Origin: an uncultured Aliarcobacter sp.
GTDB taxonomy: Bacteria; Campylobacterota; Campylobacteria; Campylobacterales; Arcobacteraceae
DNA: 36,130 bases
Assembly (NCBI GenBank): GCA_964416585.1
Contig: CAYQFC010000001.1
Span: forward strand, 1 to 36,130
Reading direction: 5' to 3'
In this document: positions 1-8,311 of the stretch, piece by piece
Layout: each line of letters starts with the position of its first letter
How positions within the stretch are numbered: position 1 is the first letter of the stretch
Position numbers and translations under genes: made by a program
The notes under the pieces: generated by a model
Seen by the model: the letters and a program-made list of their open reading frames with translations, nothing else
What the model was told of the DNA's origin: nothing
Database searches by the model: none

Positions 1-1181
1 GAGTTGATAGTTTTGAAAAGCTTACATATAAACATTTTCAAAAAGAGATGAATGCCATAAATAGAGCTTATTATGAAGTGATGACACAAGGTGATAAAAC
101 GGGTCAGCCATTTACTTTTCCTATTCCAACTGTAAATATAACTGAAGATTTTGACTGGGATGGAGAAAATACAGATATTTTATTTGAAAATACAGCAAAA
201 ATAGGAAGTAGCTATTTTCAAAATTTTATAGGAAGCCAATATAAAAAAGATAAATTTGGAAATAAAATACCAAATGAAGAGGCATATAAACCAGGACATG
301 TAAGAAGTATGTGTTGCAGACTTCAACTTGACTTAAGAGAGCTTTTAAAACGAGGTGGTGGACTTTTTGGAAGTGCTGAAATGACTGGAAGTATTGGAGT
401 TGTTACAATAAATATGGCAAGGCTTGGGTATTTGTATAAAAATAACCCAAAAGGCTTATATGCACGAATTGAAGAGCTAATGGACTTAGCAAAAGATAGC
501 TTAGAGAGAAAAAGAGTTTTTGTACAAAGTATGTATGATAGAGGTCTTTATCCTTATACAAAAAGATATTTGCCACACTTTAATAACCATTTTTCAACAA
601 TTGGAGTAAATGGAATAAATGAGATGCTCAAAAATCTTTTTGATGAAAGTGTAGATTTATCAACACAAAAAGGTATAGAGTTTACCAAAGAGATTTTAGA
701 TTTTATGAGAGCAAAGATGGTTGAGTATCAAGAGAGAACTGGAAACCTATATAATCTTGAAGCAACACCAGCTGAAGGGACAACTTATAGATTTGCAAAA
801 GAGGATATAAAAAGGTATCCAGATATTATTCAAGCAGGTTTTAATACTAATAATTATTATACAAACTCATCGCAAATACCAGTTGATTTTACAGATGACC
901 CTTTTGAAGCTCTTGGTTTACAAGATGATTTACAGTGCAAATATACGGGTGGAACAGTTCTTCACTTATATATGAAAGAGAAAATCTCAAGCCCAAATGC
1001 TTGTAAAAAACTTGTAAAAAATGTAATAAGTAATTTTAGATTACCATATATTACTATTACACCACTTTTTAGTGTATGTCCAATTCATGGATATTTGGTG
1101 GGTGAACATGAGTATTGCCCAAAATGTGATGATGAAATTTTAAAAGAGGAGTTAAAAGATGGAAAAAACAAAATTGCTTGA
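1..1181 (+). CDS. nrdD: Anaerobic (class III) ribonucleoside-triphosphate reductase large subunit, 5'-truncated by the window edge; lacks the C-terminal glycyl-radical motif
   Basis: Frame is open from position 3 (VDSFEKLTYKHFQKEM...). Motifs PFTFPIPT, finger loop SMCCRL, TGSIGVVTIN, NLEATPAE, YTGGTV and Zn site CPIH...CPKC are present. It stops at 1181 without an RxxGY motif. Confidence 0.95.
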   Translation, partial: VDSFEKLTYKHFQKEMNAINRAYYEVMTQGDKTGQPFTFPIPTVNITEDFDWDGENTDILFENTAKIGSSYFQNFIGSQYKKDKFGNKIPNEEAYKPGHVRSMCCRLQLDLRELLKRGGGLFGSAEMTGSIGVVTINMARLGYLYKNNPKGLYARIEELMDLAKDSLERKRVFVQSMYDRGLYPYTKRYLPHFNNHFSTIGVNGINEMLKNLFDESVDLSTQKGIEFTKEILDFMRAKMVEYQERTGNLYNLEATPAEGTTYRFAKEDIKRYPDIIQAGFNTNNYYTNSSQIPVDFTDDPFEALGLQDDLQCKYTGGTVLHLYMKEKISSPNACKKLVKNVISNFRLPYITITPLFSVCPIHGYLVGEHEYCPKCDDEILKEELKDGKNKIA

Positions 1182-1323
1182 GAAAAATATGGAAAAGAGA
1201 AGCAAATGTATAGTATATACTAGGGTTATGGGTTATCATAGACCAGTTGAAAGTTTCAATATAGGAAAAAAAGGTGAACATAGACAAAGAAAACAGTTTC
1301 TTGAATCAAAAAATTGTATATGA
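1159..1323 (+). CDS. 54-aa stand-alone NrdD glycyl-radical domain peptide (not in ORF track)
   Basis: Manual translation: MEKTKLLEKNMEKRSKCIVYTRVMGYHRPVESFNIGKKGEHRQRKQFLESKNCI*. It carries the NrdD C-terminal signature YTRVMGY-RP..FN.GK..E...R. SD GAGGAG at 1146-1151 lies 7 nt before the ATG; TGA at 1321-1323. Confidence 0.88.
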   Translation: MEKTKLLEKNMEKRSKCIVYTRVMGYHRPVESFNIGKKGEHRQRKQFLESKNCI

Positions 1324-1984
1324 TTTCACAAAATTTTCTACAAGCGACTATATAGGCGAAATTGCCTGTATAGTTTGGCACATATCTTGTAATCTAAGAT
1401 GTAGTTATTGTTATAATGATAATATAGTTTTTGCTAAACAAGGAAAATATAGCCAAAATGATATTTTAAGTTTTTTAAAATCTAGAGTAGGACTTCTAAG
1501 TGCTGTTGTTTTAAGTGGTGGAGAAGCCACTATACACAATTTAAAACCATTTTGTATAGAGTTAAAAAATCTTGGATTTAAAATAAAACTTGATACAAAT
1601 GGTGTGAATTTTAAACAAATAAAAGAGCTAATAGAAGAAAATTTAATAGATTTTATCTCACTTGATTTTAAAGCTCCACAAAATAAATACAAAAAAGTAA
1701 CACAAAAAAATGAAAAACTTTATTTTGATTTTTTAAAAACTCTTAGATTTCTTATTGATATAGAGTTTGATTTTGAACTAAGAACTACTATTAATGCAGA
1801 TTTACTAGATGAAAACGATATAAATAGTATGATAAAAATTGCTTATGATTTTGGATATAAAAACTATTTTTATATCCAAAATTTTCTGGAAACACCAACA
1901 AATATTGGAAATATAAAACAGTATAATAGATTAGACAAATCTTTAATAAATAGAGATTTGTTAAATATTGAGTTTAGAAATTAA
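1274..1984 (+). CDS. nrdG: Anaerobic ribonucleotide reductase activating enzyme (radical SAM)
   Basis: CNLRCSYC radical SAM motif, SGGEAT and DTNG motifs; directly follows nrdD. GTG start with AGGA upstream; exact start uncertain. Confidence 0.92.
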   Translation: MNIDKENSFLNQKIVYDFTKFSTSDYIGEIACIVWHISCNLRCSYCYNDNIVFAKQGKYSQNDILSFLKSRVGLLSAVVLSGGEATIHNLKPFCIELKNLGFKIKLDTNGVNFKQIKELIEENLIDFISLDFKAPQNKYKKVTQKNEKLYFDFLKTLRFLIDIEFDFELRTTINADLLDENDINSMIKIAYDFGYKNYFYIQNFLETPTNIGNIKQYNRLDKSLINRDLLNIEFRN

Positions 1985-2361
1985 TCTTTAATAATAACTA
2001 ATTCAAAAGAGCTTTTTTGAACAACTAAAGCTTTTTCATCTGGTACAACTGCTAAATTGCTTTTATTTTTTTGCTTATTTTGAAGATTTGAGATTTTAGA
2101 TTCAAGCTCTTCTATTTTTAGATTTAACTGTAAAATAATATCAACTCCAGCTAAGTTTACACCCAATTGCCTTGTTAAATTTAAAACATATTTAATATGA
2201 TTTATATCTTTTTGAGAATATAGCCTTATCTTTCCATTTGTTCTAGAAGGCTTAATAAAGCCTTCTCTTTCATATTGTCTTAGAGTTTGTGGATGAATAT
2301 TTAGAATTTCAGCAACATTTGAGATTAAAAAAACAGGTTCAGTGTAGCTATTTTTTTCCAT
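1981..2361 (-). CDS. hspR: MerR-family heat-shock repressor HspR
   Basis: ISNVAEILNIHPQTLRQYEREG..PSRT.GK.RLYS and LGVNLAGV, typical of HspR; lies downstream of cbpA. Confidence 0.93.
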   Translation of the reverse strand: MEKNSYTEPVFLISNVAEILNIHPQTLRQYEREGFIKPSRTNGKIRLYSQKDINHIKYVLNLTRQLGVNLAGVDIILQLNLKIEELESKISNLQNKQKNKSNLAVVPDEKALVVQKSSFELVIIKD

Positions 2362-2370
2362 TTTTTACTC

Positions 2371-3246
2371 CTAAGATATATTTTCACTCAACTCTTTTTC
2401 TAAGAGATTTTTCAGTTCAGGGCTTAAATCTTCAAGTTTAGGTAGAACAATATTTGCTTTTAGATATAAATCACCCTTTACTTTTGTTTTTCTATTTAAA
2501 ACCCCAAGCTCTCTTACTCTAAATTTTTGATTTTGTTTTGTGTTTTCTGGAACCTTTAGTGTTATATCTTTGTGGATAGTTTTAATCTCAACTTTACCAC
2601 CAAACAGAGCTGTTTTAAGTGGAATATCAAAGAATTTCTCCAAAGTTTCACCATCTCTTTTATATTCAGAACTAGGAGTAATATTAATCTTTAAGATTAA
2701 ATCACCTTTTTGTCCTTGATATGATTTTCCTTTACCTTTTGCTCTTATTTTTTGACCATCTTCAATCCCTTCTGGGATTTTAATATCAAAAGAGTCATTG
2801 CTTAAAGATATAAACTGTTTTCCACCTAAAACAGCAACATCAAAAGGTATTGTAACTTGTGCATTTGTATCTAAATCGGGTGCATCAAAACCAAATCCAC
2901 CACTAAAACCACCTCTACTAAATCCACCACCAAAATTGGCAGCTCCACCACCAAACATCTGTCTTAAAATCTCATCTAAATCAACTCCACCACCTTGGTT
3001 TCTTGCAAAATCACTAAAATTTTGCCCACCAAACATAGAGTCTCCATATTGATCATATTGCTGTTTTTTTTGTGCATCACTTAAAACCTCATAAGCAGCA
3101 TTTATCTCTTTAAATTTATCTTCAGCTTTAGGGTCTTTATTTACATCAGGATGGTATTTTCTTGCTAGTTTTCTATAAGCTTTTTTAATCTCATCAGCTG
3201 TTGCATTTTCATTTACTTCAAGTGTTTCATATAAACTTTTTGCCAT
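2371..3246 (-). CDS. cbpA: DnaJ-class co-chaperone CbpA (J domain, G/F region, C-terminal domain, no Zn finger)
   Basis: HPD motif, [16 protein letters not shown]-rich linker, no CxxCxGxG repeats; cbpA-hspR order as in Campylobacter/Helicobacter. Confidence 0.9.
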   Translation of the reverse strand: MAKSLYETLEVNENATADEIKKAYRKLARKYHPDVNKDPKAEDKFKEINAAYEVLSDAQKKQQYDQYGDSMFGGQNFSDFARNQGGGVDLDEILRQMFGGGAANFGGGFSRGGFSGGFGFDAPDLDTNAQVTIPFDVAVLGGKQFISLSNDSFDIKIPEGIEDGQKIRAKGKGKSYQGQKGDLILKINITPSSEYKRDGETLEKFFDIPLKTALFGGKVEIKTIHKDITLKVPENTKQNQKFRVRELGVLNRKTKVKGDLYLKANIVLPKLEDLSPELKNLLEKELSENIS

Positions 3247-3289
3247 TTGTTAAGTCCTATTTTAAAAAAATTGTTAAATATAAAATAGG

Positions 3290-3298
3290 ATTATATCA
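3290..3298 (-). promoter_or_regulatory. Extended -10 promoter (TGaTATAAT) of cbpA-hspR
   Basis: Plus-strand attatatca reads TGATATAAT on the minus strand, 44 nt upstream of the cbpA start. Confidence 0.75.
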
Positions 3299-3299
3299 C

Positions 3300-3328
3300 A
3301 AACCTTGAGTCAAAGTCAATCAAGGTTT
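3300..3328. promoter_or_regulatory. HAIR operator (HspR-associated inverted repeat)
   Basis: CTTGAGT-caaagtc-AATCAAG at 3304-3324 is one mismatch from the consensus CTTGAGT-N7-ACTCAAG. Arms extend to AAACCTTGA/TCAAGGTTT and cover the -35 region of the cbpA-hspR promoter. Confidence 0.85.
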
Positions 3329-4815
3329 AGTGGAATAGTAATTATAAACTTTGAACCAAAATATTGATTATTTTTATAATTAAAGTAGCTATTTTGAACA
3401 GATATTTCACCTTTAAAGCTTGTAGAAATTATCTTTCTAGTCATATAAAGTCCAAGTCCTGTCCCTTGATATTGGTGTTTTGTTGTAAAATATGGTTCAA
3501 ATATTTTATTTATAAACTCATTATTTATACCTAAAGCATTATCGCTAATAGTTATTATTATTTGAGAATCAGATTTTTTTGTAGATATTTTTATTAGTCT
3601 TGACTCTTTTTCATCAATATTTTGAATTAATGCATCTTTTGCATTATTTAAAATATTTATCAAAGCTTGTGAAAGCTCATTTGAAACACCAAAAATCTCT
3701 ATATTTTCATCTAAATCAAATAAAACTTCAATATTATTTAATTTAAAAATTGTATCAAGTAGAAGAGTATCATTTACAATATTTTGTTTCAAATTAAATA
3801 GAGTTTTCTCCTTATGTTGTTTGAAAAAATCATTAAAAGTTTCAATTGTATTTGATAGATGTTCAGTTGTTCTTAAAATAAGCTCCAAAGAGTCTTGAAG
3901 CTTGTCTTCTTGCAAATTCCCAATATTTTTTAATAGATTTAAATTTGAAGCAGTTAATGAGATAATATTTAAAGGTTGTCTCCATTGATGTGCAATATTT
4001 CCAATCATCTCTCCCATGGCTGCTAGTTTTGATTGTTCTGCTAATAAACTCTCTTTTTTCTTCAATTCATCAATATTTACAATTGTCAAAATTTGAAGCA
4101 TTTGATTATTTATTACAGTATCTTTTAGGTTTATAATGGCTTCAAATGAGTTTATATTATCTATTTTTATTTTTGTTTCTAAAGGGTGTGTGTTTATTGT
4201 TTTTATGATATTTTCATCATAAATTATATCGTTAAGTTTTTTGCCAATTAACTCTTTTTTTGATCTTTTTTTGAATAAATCAAGTGCGATTTTATTGCAA
4301 TTTATTACTTTTTTATCTTTAAATAAGATTATGGCTTCCATTGTTGTATCAAAAATCAAGCTCATCTCTTCATTTTTTTCAATTAGCATATCTTTTGTAT
4401 TTTGAAGTTTATGATTTATTTCACAAAGCATTGTTACATCATAAATATATAAAATAACTAGCCCATTTTCTGCATCTAAGGGAGTAATTGTAATACTTTG
4501 TCTCATATTATCAAAGACTTTATCTGCTACTTTTGTAAGTTCTATATTAATCAAAAAATTGTTTGTTTGCGGAGTATAAAATGTTGGAGTATTTAATTTT
4601 ATTGCTGTTAAAATCTTTCTGTTTAATCTTTTTTCATCAATATTTGAGTAGAAATTAGATAGTTTTTGACCTAGAATATCTTTCGCTAAAATACCTGTTC
4701 TAATCTCAAGCCATTTATTCCAAAATTCAACTTCAAGATCTTTGTTTAACAGAATAATCCCATTATCAACAGTGCTACAAATTGCATCAAATTTATTTAA
4801 AGATATATTATTCAC
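3316..4815 (-). CDS. Cytoplasmic PAS-domain sensor histidine kinase
   Basis: Two PAS-like segments, H-box IAHQWRQPL, N-box NILNNAKDA, DNALG, FEPYFTTK and GTGLGL; no transmembrane helix visible. Confidence 0.92.
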   Translation of the reverse strand: MNNISLNKFDAICSTVDNGIILLNKDLEVEFWNKWLEIRTGILAKDILGQKLSNFYSNIDEKRLNRKILTAIKLNTPTFYTPQTNNFLINIELTKVADKVFDNMRQSITITPLDAENGLVILYIYDVTMLCEINHKLQNTKDMLIEKNEEMSLIFDTTMEAIILFKDKKVINCNKIALDLFKKRSKKELIGKKLNDIIYDENIIKTINTHPLETKIKIDNINSFEAIINLKDTVINNQMLQILTIVNIDELKKKESLLAEQSKLAAMGEMIGNIAHQWRQPLNIISLTASNLNLLKNIGNLQEDKLQDSLELILRTTEHLSNTIETFNDFFKQHKEKTLFNLKQNIVNDTLLLDTIFKLNNIEVLFDLDENIEIFGVSNELSQALINILNNAKDALIQNIDEKESRLIKISTKKSDSQIIITISDNALGINNEFINKIFEPYFTTKHQYQGTGLGLYMTRKIISTSFKGEISVQNSYFNYKNNQYFGSKFIITIPLNLD

Positions 4816-5429
4816 AGTTCATCCAAGATTTTATTTAGTTTATCTTTTATAAATAATATTGAGTTATCAGTTGTAAGAATAAAAAGTTCACCACTTATAT
4901 TTAAATCTACAAATTCAAGTTTTGTAGAGATTATAATAACTTTTTCATATTGGCTTAGAAAAATATTATTTAATTCATCAATTGATTTTAATAATTTAAT
5001 TGAAGGAGCAGAAAAAGATACATTTGTATCCATATTTTCAGCCAATTTGCTAATAGTTGAAGATGATAAAATATTTGTAATCTCCAGAGTAATATCTTGA
5101 ATATCATCTTCCTCGATAACATCATTTGTAAGAGAAAATTTATTTGCCATATTTGTGGCAGATACTTTATCTATTACAAACATATTTTCACCATTTAAAG
5201 AGCCATTTATTTGCTGAAGTGCCACTAAATGCTCTTGATTTAGATTTAGCTCATTTGATAAATAGTTTTTTAGTTCACTAGCTTCAATTATTTGAATCTT
5301 TGGAATACTTAGTTTTGCAAAAGCATTTAAAATTTCTGTAATAGCAGCAGTGGCATTTCCATATGCCACATTCATAAGCTCTTGAAGACAATCTTTTTCA
5401 TCTTCAGTTAATTTAATATCTTTAGACAT
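4812..5429 (-). CDS. CheC-family aspartyl-phosphate phosphatase
   Basis: Two D-x3-E-x2-N motifs (DCLQELMN, DITLEITN), each followed by a downstream S.P motif; about 200 aa. Confidence 0.82.
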   Translation of the reverse strand: MSKDIKLTEDEKDCLQELMNVAYGNATAAITEILNAFAKLSIPKIQIIEASELKNYLSNELNLNQEHLVALQQINGSLNGENMFVIDKVSATNMANKFSLTNDVIEEDDIQDITLEITNILSSSTISKLAENMDTNVSFSAPSIKLLKSIDELNNIFLSQYEKVIIISTKLEFVDLNISGELFILTTDNSILFIKDKLNKILDEL

Positions 5430-5431
5430 GA

Positions 5432-5791
5432 TTAAAAAACTCTACTTAAAATTTGTTTCATTTTTGTTGCATCAATTGGTTTTTTGATAAAATTTAAAGC
5501 ACCTAAAAGAAGAGCTTTATCTATTGCTTGTTTCTGAATATCTGCAGAAATTACAACAATATTTGCACTTTTATCATAGTTTTTTATATGCTCAAGAGCA
5601 GTAAAACCATTCATAATTGGCATTGTTAAATCCATAAAAACTATATTTGGATTTAGCTCTTTATATAAAGCTACAGCCTCTTCCCCGTTTGTTGCTTCAT
5701 AAACTTCATAGGCAATATCTATAGACTCTTCAAGAGTTTTAATAACCATTTTTCTTGCCATTTTTGAATCATCAGTAACTAATATTTTCAT
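5432..5791 (-). CDS. Single-domain response regulator (CheY-like receiver)
   Basis: DD acidic pair, phospho-acceptor FMDLTMP, SA and KP motifs. Confidence 0.92.
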   Translation of the reverse strand: MKILVTDDSKMARKMVIKTLEESIDIAYEVYEATNGEEAVALYKELNPNIVFMDLTMPIMNGFTALEHIKNYDKSANIVVISADIQKQAIDKALLLGALNFIKKPIDATKMKQILSRVF

Positions 5792-5877
5792 TAAATAACC
5801 TTTTTTCTAATTAAAACATATTTTATCTTATTTTAATAAAAAGAAACTTTTTAATTAATAAATAATATACTATCTTT

Positions 5878-7050
5878 ATGAAAAAATATGATTATATAAT
5901 TATTGGTGCAGGAATTACTGGTTGCTCTTTGGCCTATTTTTTATCCAAATACTCAAGTAATACACTACTTATTGATAAAAATAGTGATTTCGCATTTGGT
6001 GCAAGTGGAGCTGCTGGAGCATTTTTATCTCCTCTTTTAGGGCTTGATAATAATTTTAAATCTTTGGTTTCTAAATCTTTAGAGTTTTCGACTAATTTTT
6101 ATAAAAATAATTTTCCTAATTTAATAGATAATTGCGGAACTATTAGAATAGCAAAAAATAGTAGTGATGAGAAGAAATTTCAAAGTTATATTCCATTTAT
6201 GGATTTTCCTTTTACTAAAAAAGAAGATGGGTATTTTTTTGAAATAGCAAGTACAGTTAAACCATATGAAATTTGTAGAGATTTAGCAAGAAATATTGAA
6301 ACGATATTTGATTATGAAGTTATAACTTTAGAAAAAAATGAGAATAATTGGATGATAAATAACTATTATTTAGCTTCGAAAGTTTTTTTGTGTAGTGGGG
6401 CAAATATTGATTTAATAAAAGAGGATTATTTTGATATAAGAGCCGTTTGGGGACAAAAAATAGATATTTTAAGCTCAAGTAAATTAGATGTAAATTACCA
6501 TAAAGAGTGTTCCTTATCAAAAAGCACAAGCTTTAATGGTAAAGAGAAAATATCAATTGGTGCAACTCACAATAGATTTACAAAAGATATGACAAATAGC
6601 TCATATAATCTAAAATTAAAAAATATAAATTCAATAGAACACAATAGCGAAACAAAAAAACGAATAGATGAAGATACAAAAATATTATTAAAAAAAGCAA
6701 ATGATATAAAAAAACTAGAAAATGTAGAAGTTATAGATATAAAAATTGGTGCAAGAGCTTCTAGTGTTGATTATTTTCCTATGGTTGGAAGCTTAGTTGA
6801 TAGTCATAAAAGCTTTTTGAAATATCCACATATAAAAAATGGAACACATATAAAAGATGAGAATTTAGAGCTTCTTGAAAATATATATACATTAAATGGT
6901 GTGGGTGGAAGAGGTTTTGTATTGTCTCCTTATTTGGCAAATTTACTAGTAGAATTTGTAGTTAATGGTAAAAAATTACCAAGTGAAATAGAGAATTTTA
7001 GACTCTTTAGAAGATGGGCAAAAAGATTAAAAATTAAGGAAAAAGATTGA
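5878..7050 (+). CDS. FAD-dependent oxidoreductase (DAO family, resembles the MnmC C-terminal domain)
   Basis: GAGITG Rossmann motif, GASGAAG, WGQ, IGATH, R...DYFPMVG and GVGGRG motifs. Confidence 0.75.
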   Translation: MKKYDYIIIGAGITGCSLAYFLSKYSSNTLLIDKNSDFAFGASGAAGAFLSPLLGLDNNFKSLVSKSLEFSTNFYKNNFPNLIDNCGTIRIAKNSSDEKKFQSYIPFMDFPFTKKEDGYFFEIASTVKPYEICRDLARNIETIFDYEVITLEKNENNWMINNYYLASKVFLCSGANIDLIKEDYFDIRAVWGQKIDILSSSKLDVNYHKECSLSKSTSFNGKEKISIGATHNRFTKDMTNSSYNLKLKNINSIEHNSETKKRIDEDTKILLKKANDIKKLENVEVIDIKIGARASSVDYFPMVGSLVDSHKSFLKYPHIKNGTHIKDENLELLENIYTLNGVGGRGFVLSPYLANLLVEFVVNGKKLPSEIENFRLFRRWAKRLKIKEKD

Positions 7051-7607
7051 AAAATATTTTAAAAATAGTTTTTTTAAGTATAGTTGGATTCTCTTTTTTG
7101 ATATATTTTACTATACCAGAAAATAAAAGTGAGAAAAATATAAGACTAGAGCAAAAAGTGGAAAATCTTCCAAAAAACTTTGAAGTTTATGGAGATAATA
7201 TAGCAAAAGAGAGTATTTTTTCTAAAAATAGTTATATTGTTTTATTAAATCATGACTCTTTGGCAGTTTTTAAAGATTTATATAAAAAGACAAATAAAAA
7301 TATTATTTTAATAGCAAATGTTTCAAATACACCTTGGATAATTAAAAATATTGCAGTTAATAGTGAATTACAAAAGCTATATAAAGATTCAAAAATTGGT
7401 TTAATTAATGATGAAAATGGTTATTTTAGAAGGTTTTTTGATATTAAAAATGATGAACAAAATATATATTTTGTCTATAAAATAGAAGATGATTTATCTA
7501 TTAAAGAGATAGTTAAAGCTTATGTAAAAAAAGGTGCTTTGCAAAATGGAGTTTTGGATACAGAGATTGATAAAAGTCTTGAAGATTTTTTGGCTAATTT
7601 AAAATAA
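7047..7607 (+). CDS. Hypothetical N-terminally membrane-anchored/exported protein
   Basis: 186-aa ORF whose TTG start overlaps the upstream TGA; SD AAGGA; hydrophobic N-terminal helix. Confidence 0.75.
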   Translation: MKNILKIVFLSIVGFSFLIYFTIPENKSEKNIRLEQKVENLPKNFEVYGDNIAKESIFSKNSYIVLLNHDSLAVFKDLYKKTNKNIILIANVSNTPWIIKNIAVNSELQKLYKDSKIGLINDENGYFRRFFDIKNDEQNIYFVYKIEDDLSIKEIVKAYVKKGALQNGVLDTEIDKSLEDFLANLK

Positions 7608-7640
7608 AAAGAGTAGCTAAAATTTTAGCTACTCCTTTTT
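7606..7640. terminator. Bidirectional intrinsic terminator
   Basis: GAGTAGCTAA-aatt-TTAGCTACTC hairpin flanked by A and T runs, between convergent genes. Confidence 0.85.
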
Positions 7641-7661
7641 GTTTTGTAGGATTTTTAATAA

Positions 7662-7943
7662 TTATTTTTTAGCTATTTGATCAGCTATTGCATTCATAGT
7701 TGCTTCATCCATACCTTTTACTTGACCAACCATTAAAGCTTTTTGAGCTCCACCATAAGTTCCATCTTGATAACCTTTAAGTGAAGCAACAAACTCATCT
7801 TTTGTCATATCTTTTATGATTTTAGATTTTCCTAAAGCAACTTTTTCCCCGTTTGCTCCATGACAACTAACACATTTTGCATAAGGATTTGCAAATGCAA
7901 ATGTAGCTCCCAAAAGTGCAGTAACTAAAACTAATTTTTTCAT
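7662..7943 (-). CDS. Periplasmic monoheme cytochrome c (c553-like)
   Basis: Signal peptide ending AFA, CVSCH heme motif, distal Met (ALMVGQV); SD GAGGAG. Confidence 0.93.
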   Translation of the reverse strand: MKKLVLVTALLGATFAFANPYAKCVSCHGANGEKVALGKSKIIKDMTKDEFVASLKGYQDGTYGGAQKALMVGQVKGMDEATMNAIADQIAKK

Positions 7944-7971
7944 AATTTCTCCTCTTGAAATAAATTAAACA

Positions 7972-8013
7972 ATTCTATTCAAATGAAGATTAAGATTTCT
8001 TGATATTAATCAA
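7972..8013 (-). promoter_or_regulatory. Crp/Fnr-family box (TTGAT-ATTA-ATCAA, 8000-8013) with -10 TAGAAT (7972-7977) upstream of the cytochrome c gene
   Basis: Exact match to the FNR consensus TTGAT-N4-ATCAA; centre at about -41.5 from the start site implied by the -10. Confidence 0.7.
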
Positions 8014-8017
8014 TAAT

Positions 8018-8308
8018 TTACTTATTTAAGGCAACATCAATTTTGCCAATTGCACATGATACAAAACTTTTTGCTGTTGTTGCTGCTTTGTCAAAACCAC
8101 TTAATTCATCGCTTGTAAGTGGATAACCAAGGCTTCTTAATTTTAATTTTAAGGCTTCAAGTTTATCATTTTCTATATCTAAAGTTATTTTTCTTGGATT
8201 AACTTCTAAATCAACAATCACATCTCCAAAATCTTCTTTTAAAGATTTAATCAAAGTGTTTGCACACCCACCACACTTTACATTATAAACTTCAAATGTC
8301 TGTTTCAT
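8018..8308 (-). CDS. Heavy-metal-associated (HMA) domain protein
   Basis: NVKCGGC metal-binding motif at the N-terminus; C-terminal KSFVSCAIG. Confidence 0.85.
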   Translation of the reverse strand: MKQTFEVYNVKCGGCANTLIKSLKEDFGDVIVDLEVNPRKITLDIENDKLEALKLKLRSLGYPLTSDELSGFDKAATTAKSFVSCAIGKIDVALNK

Positions 8309-8311
8309 TTT

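Noticed and set aside
1163-1169. A-AAA-AAC slippery heptamer near the nrdD end as a programmed -1 frameshift fusing NrdD to its radical domain
   Set aside because: Fusion needs a +1 shift; a -1 slip enters the wrong frame. The small ORF also has its own SD and ATG.
2885-2995. ccacca repeats in cbpA
   Set aside because: These are Gly codons of the normal G/F-rich DnaJ linker, not a DNA repeat element.
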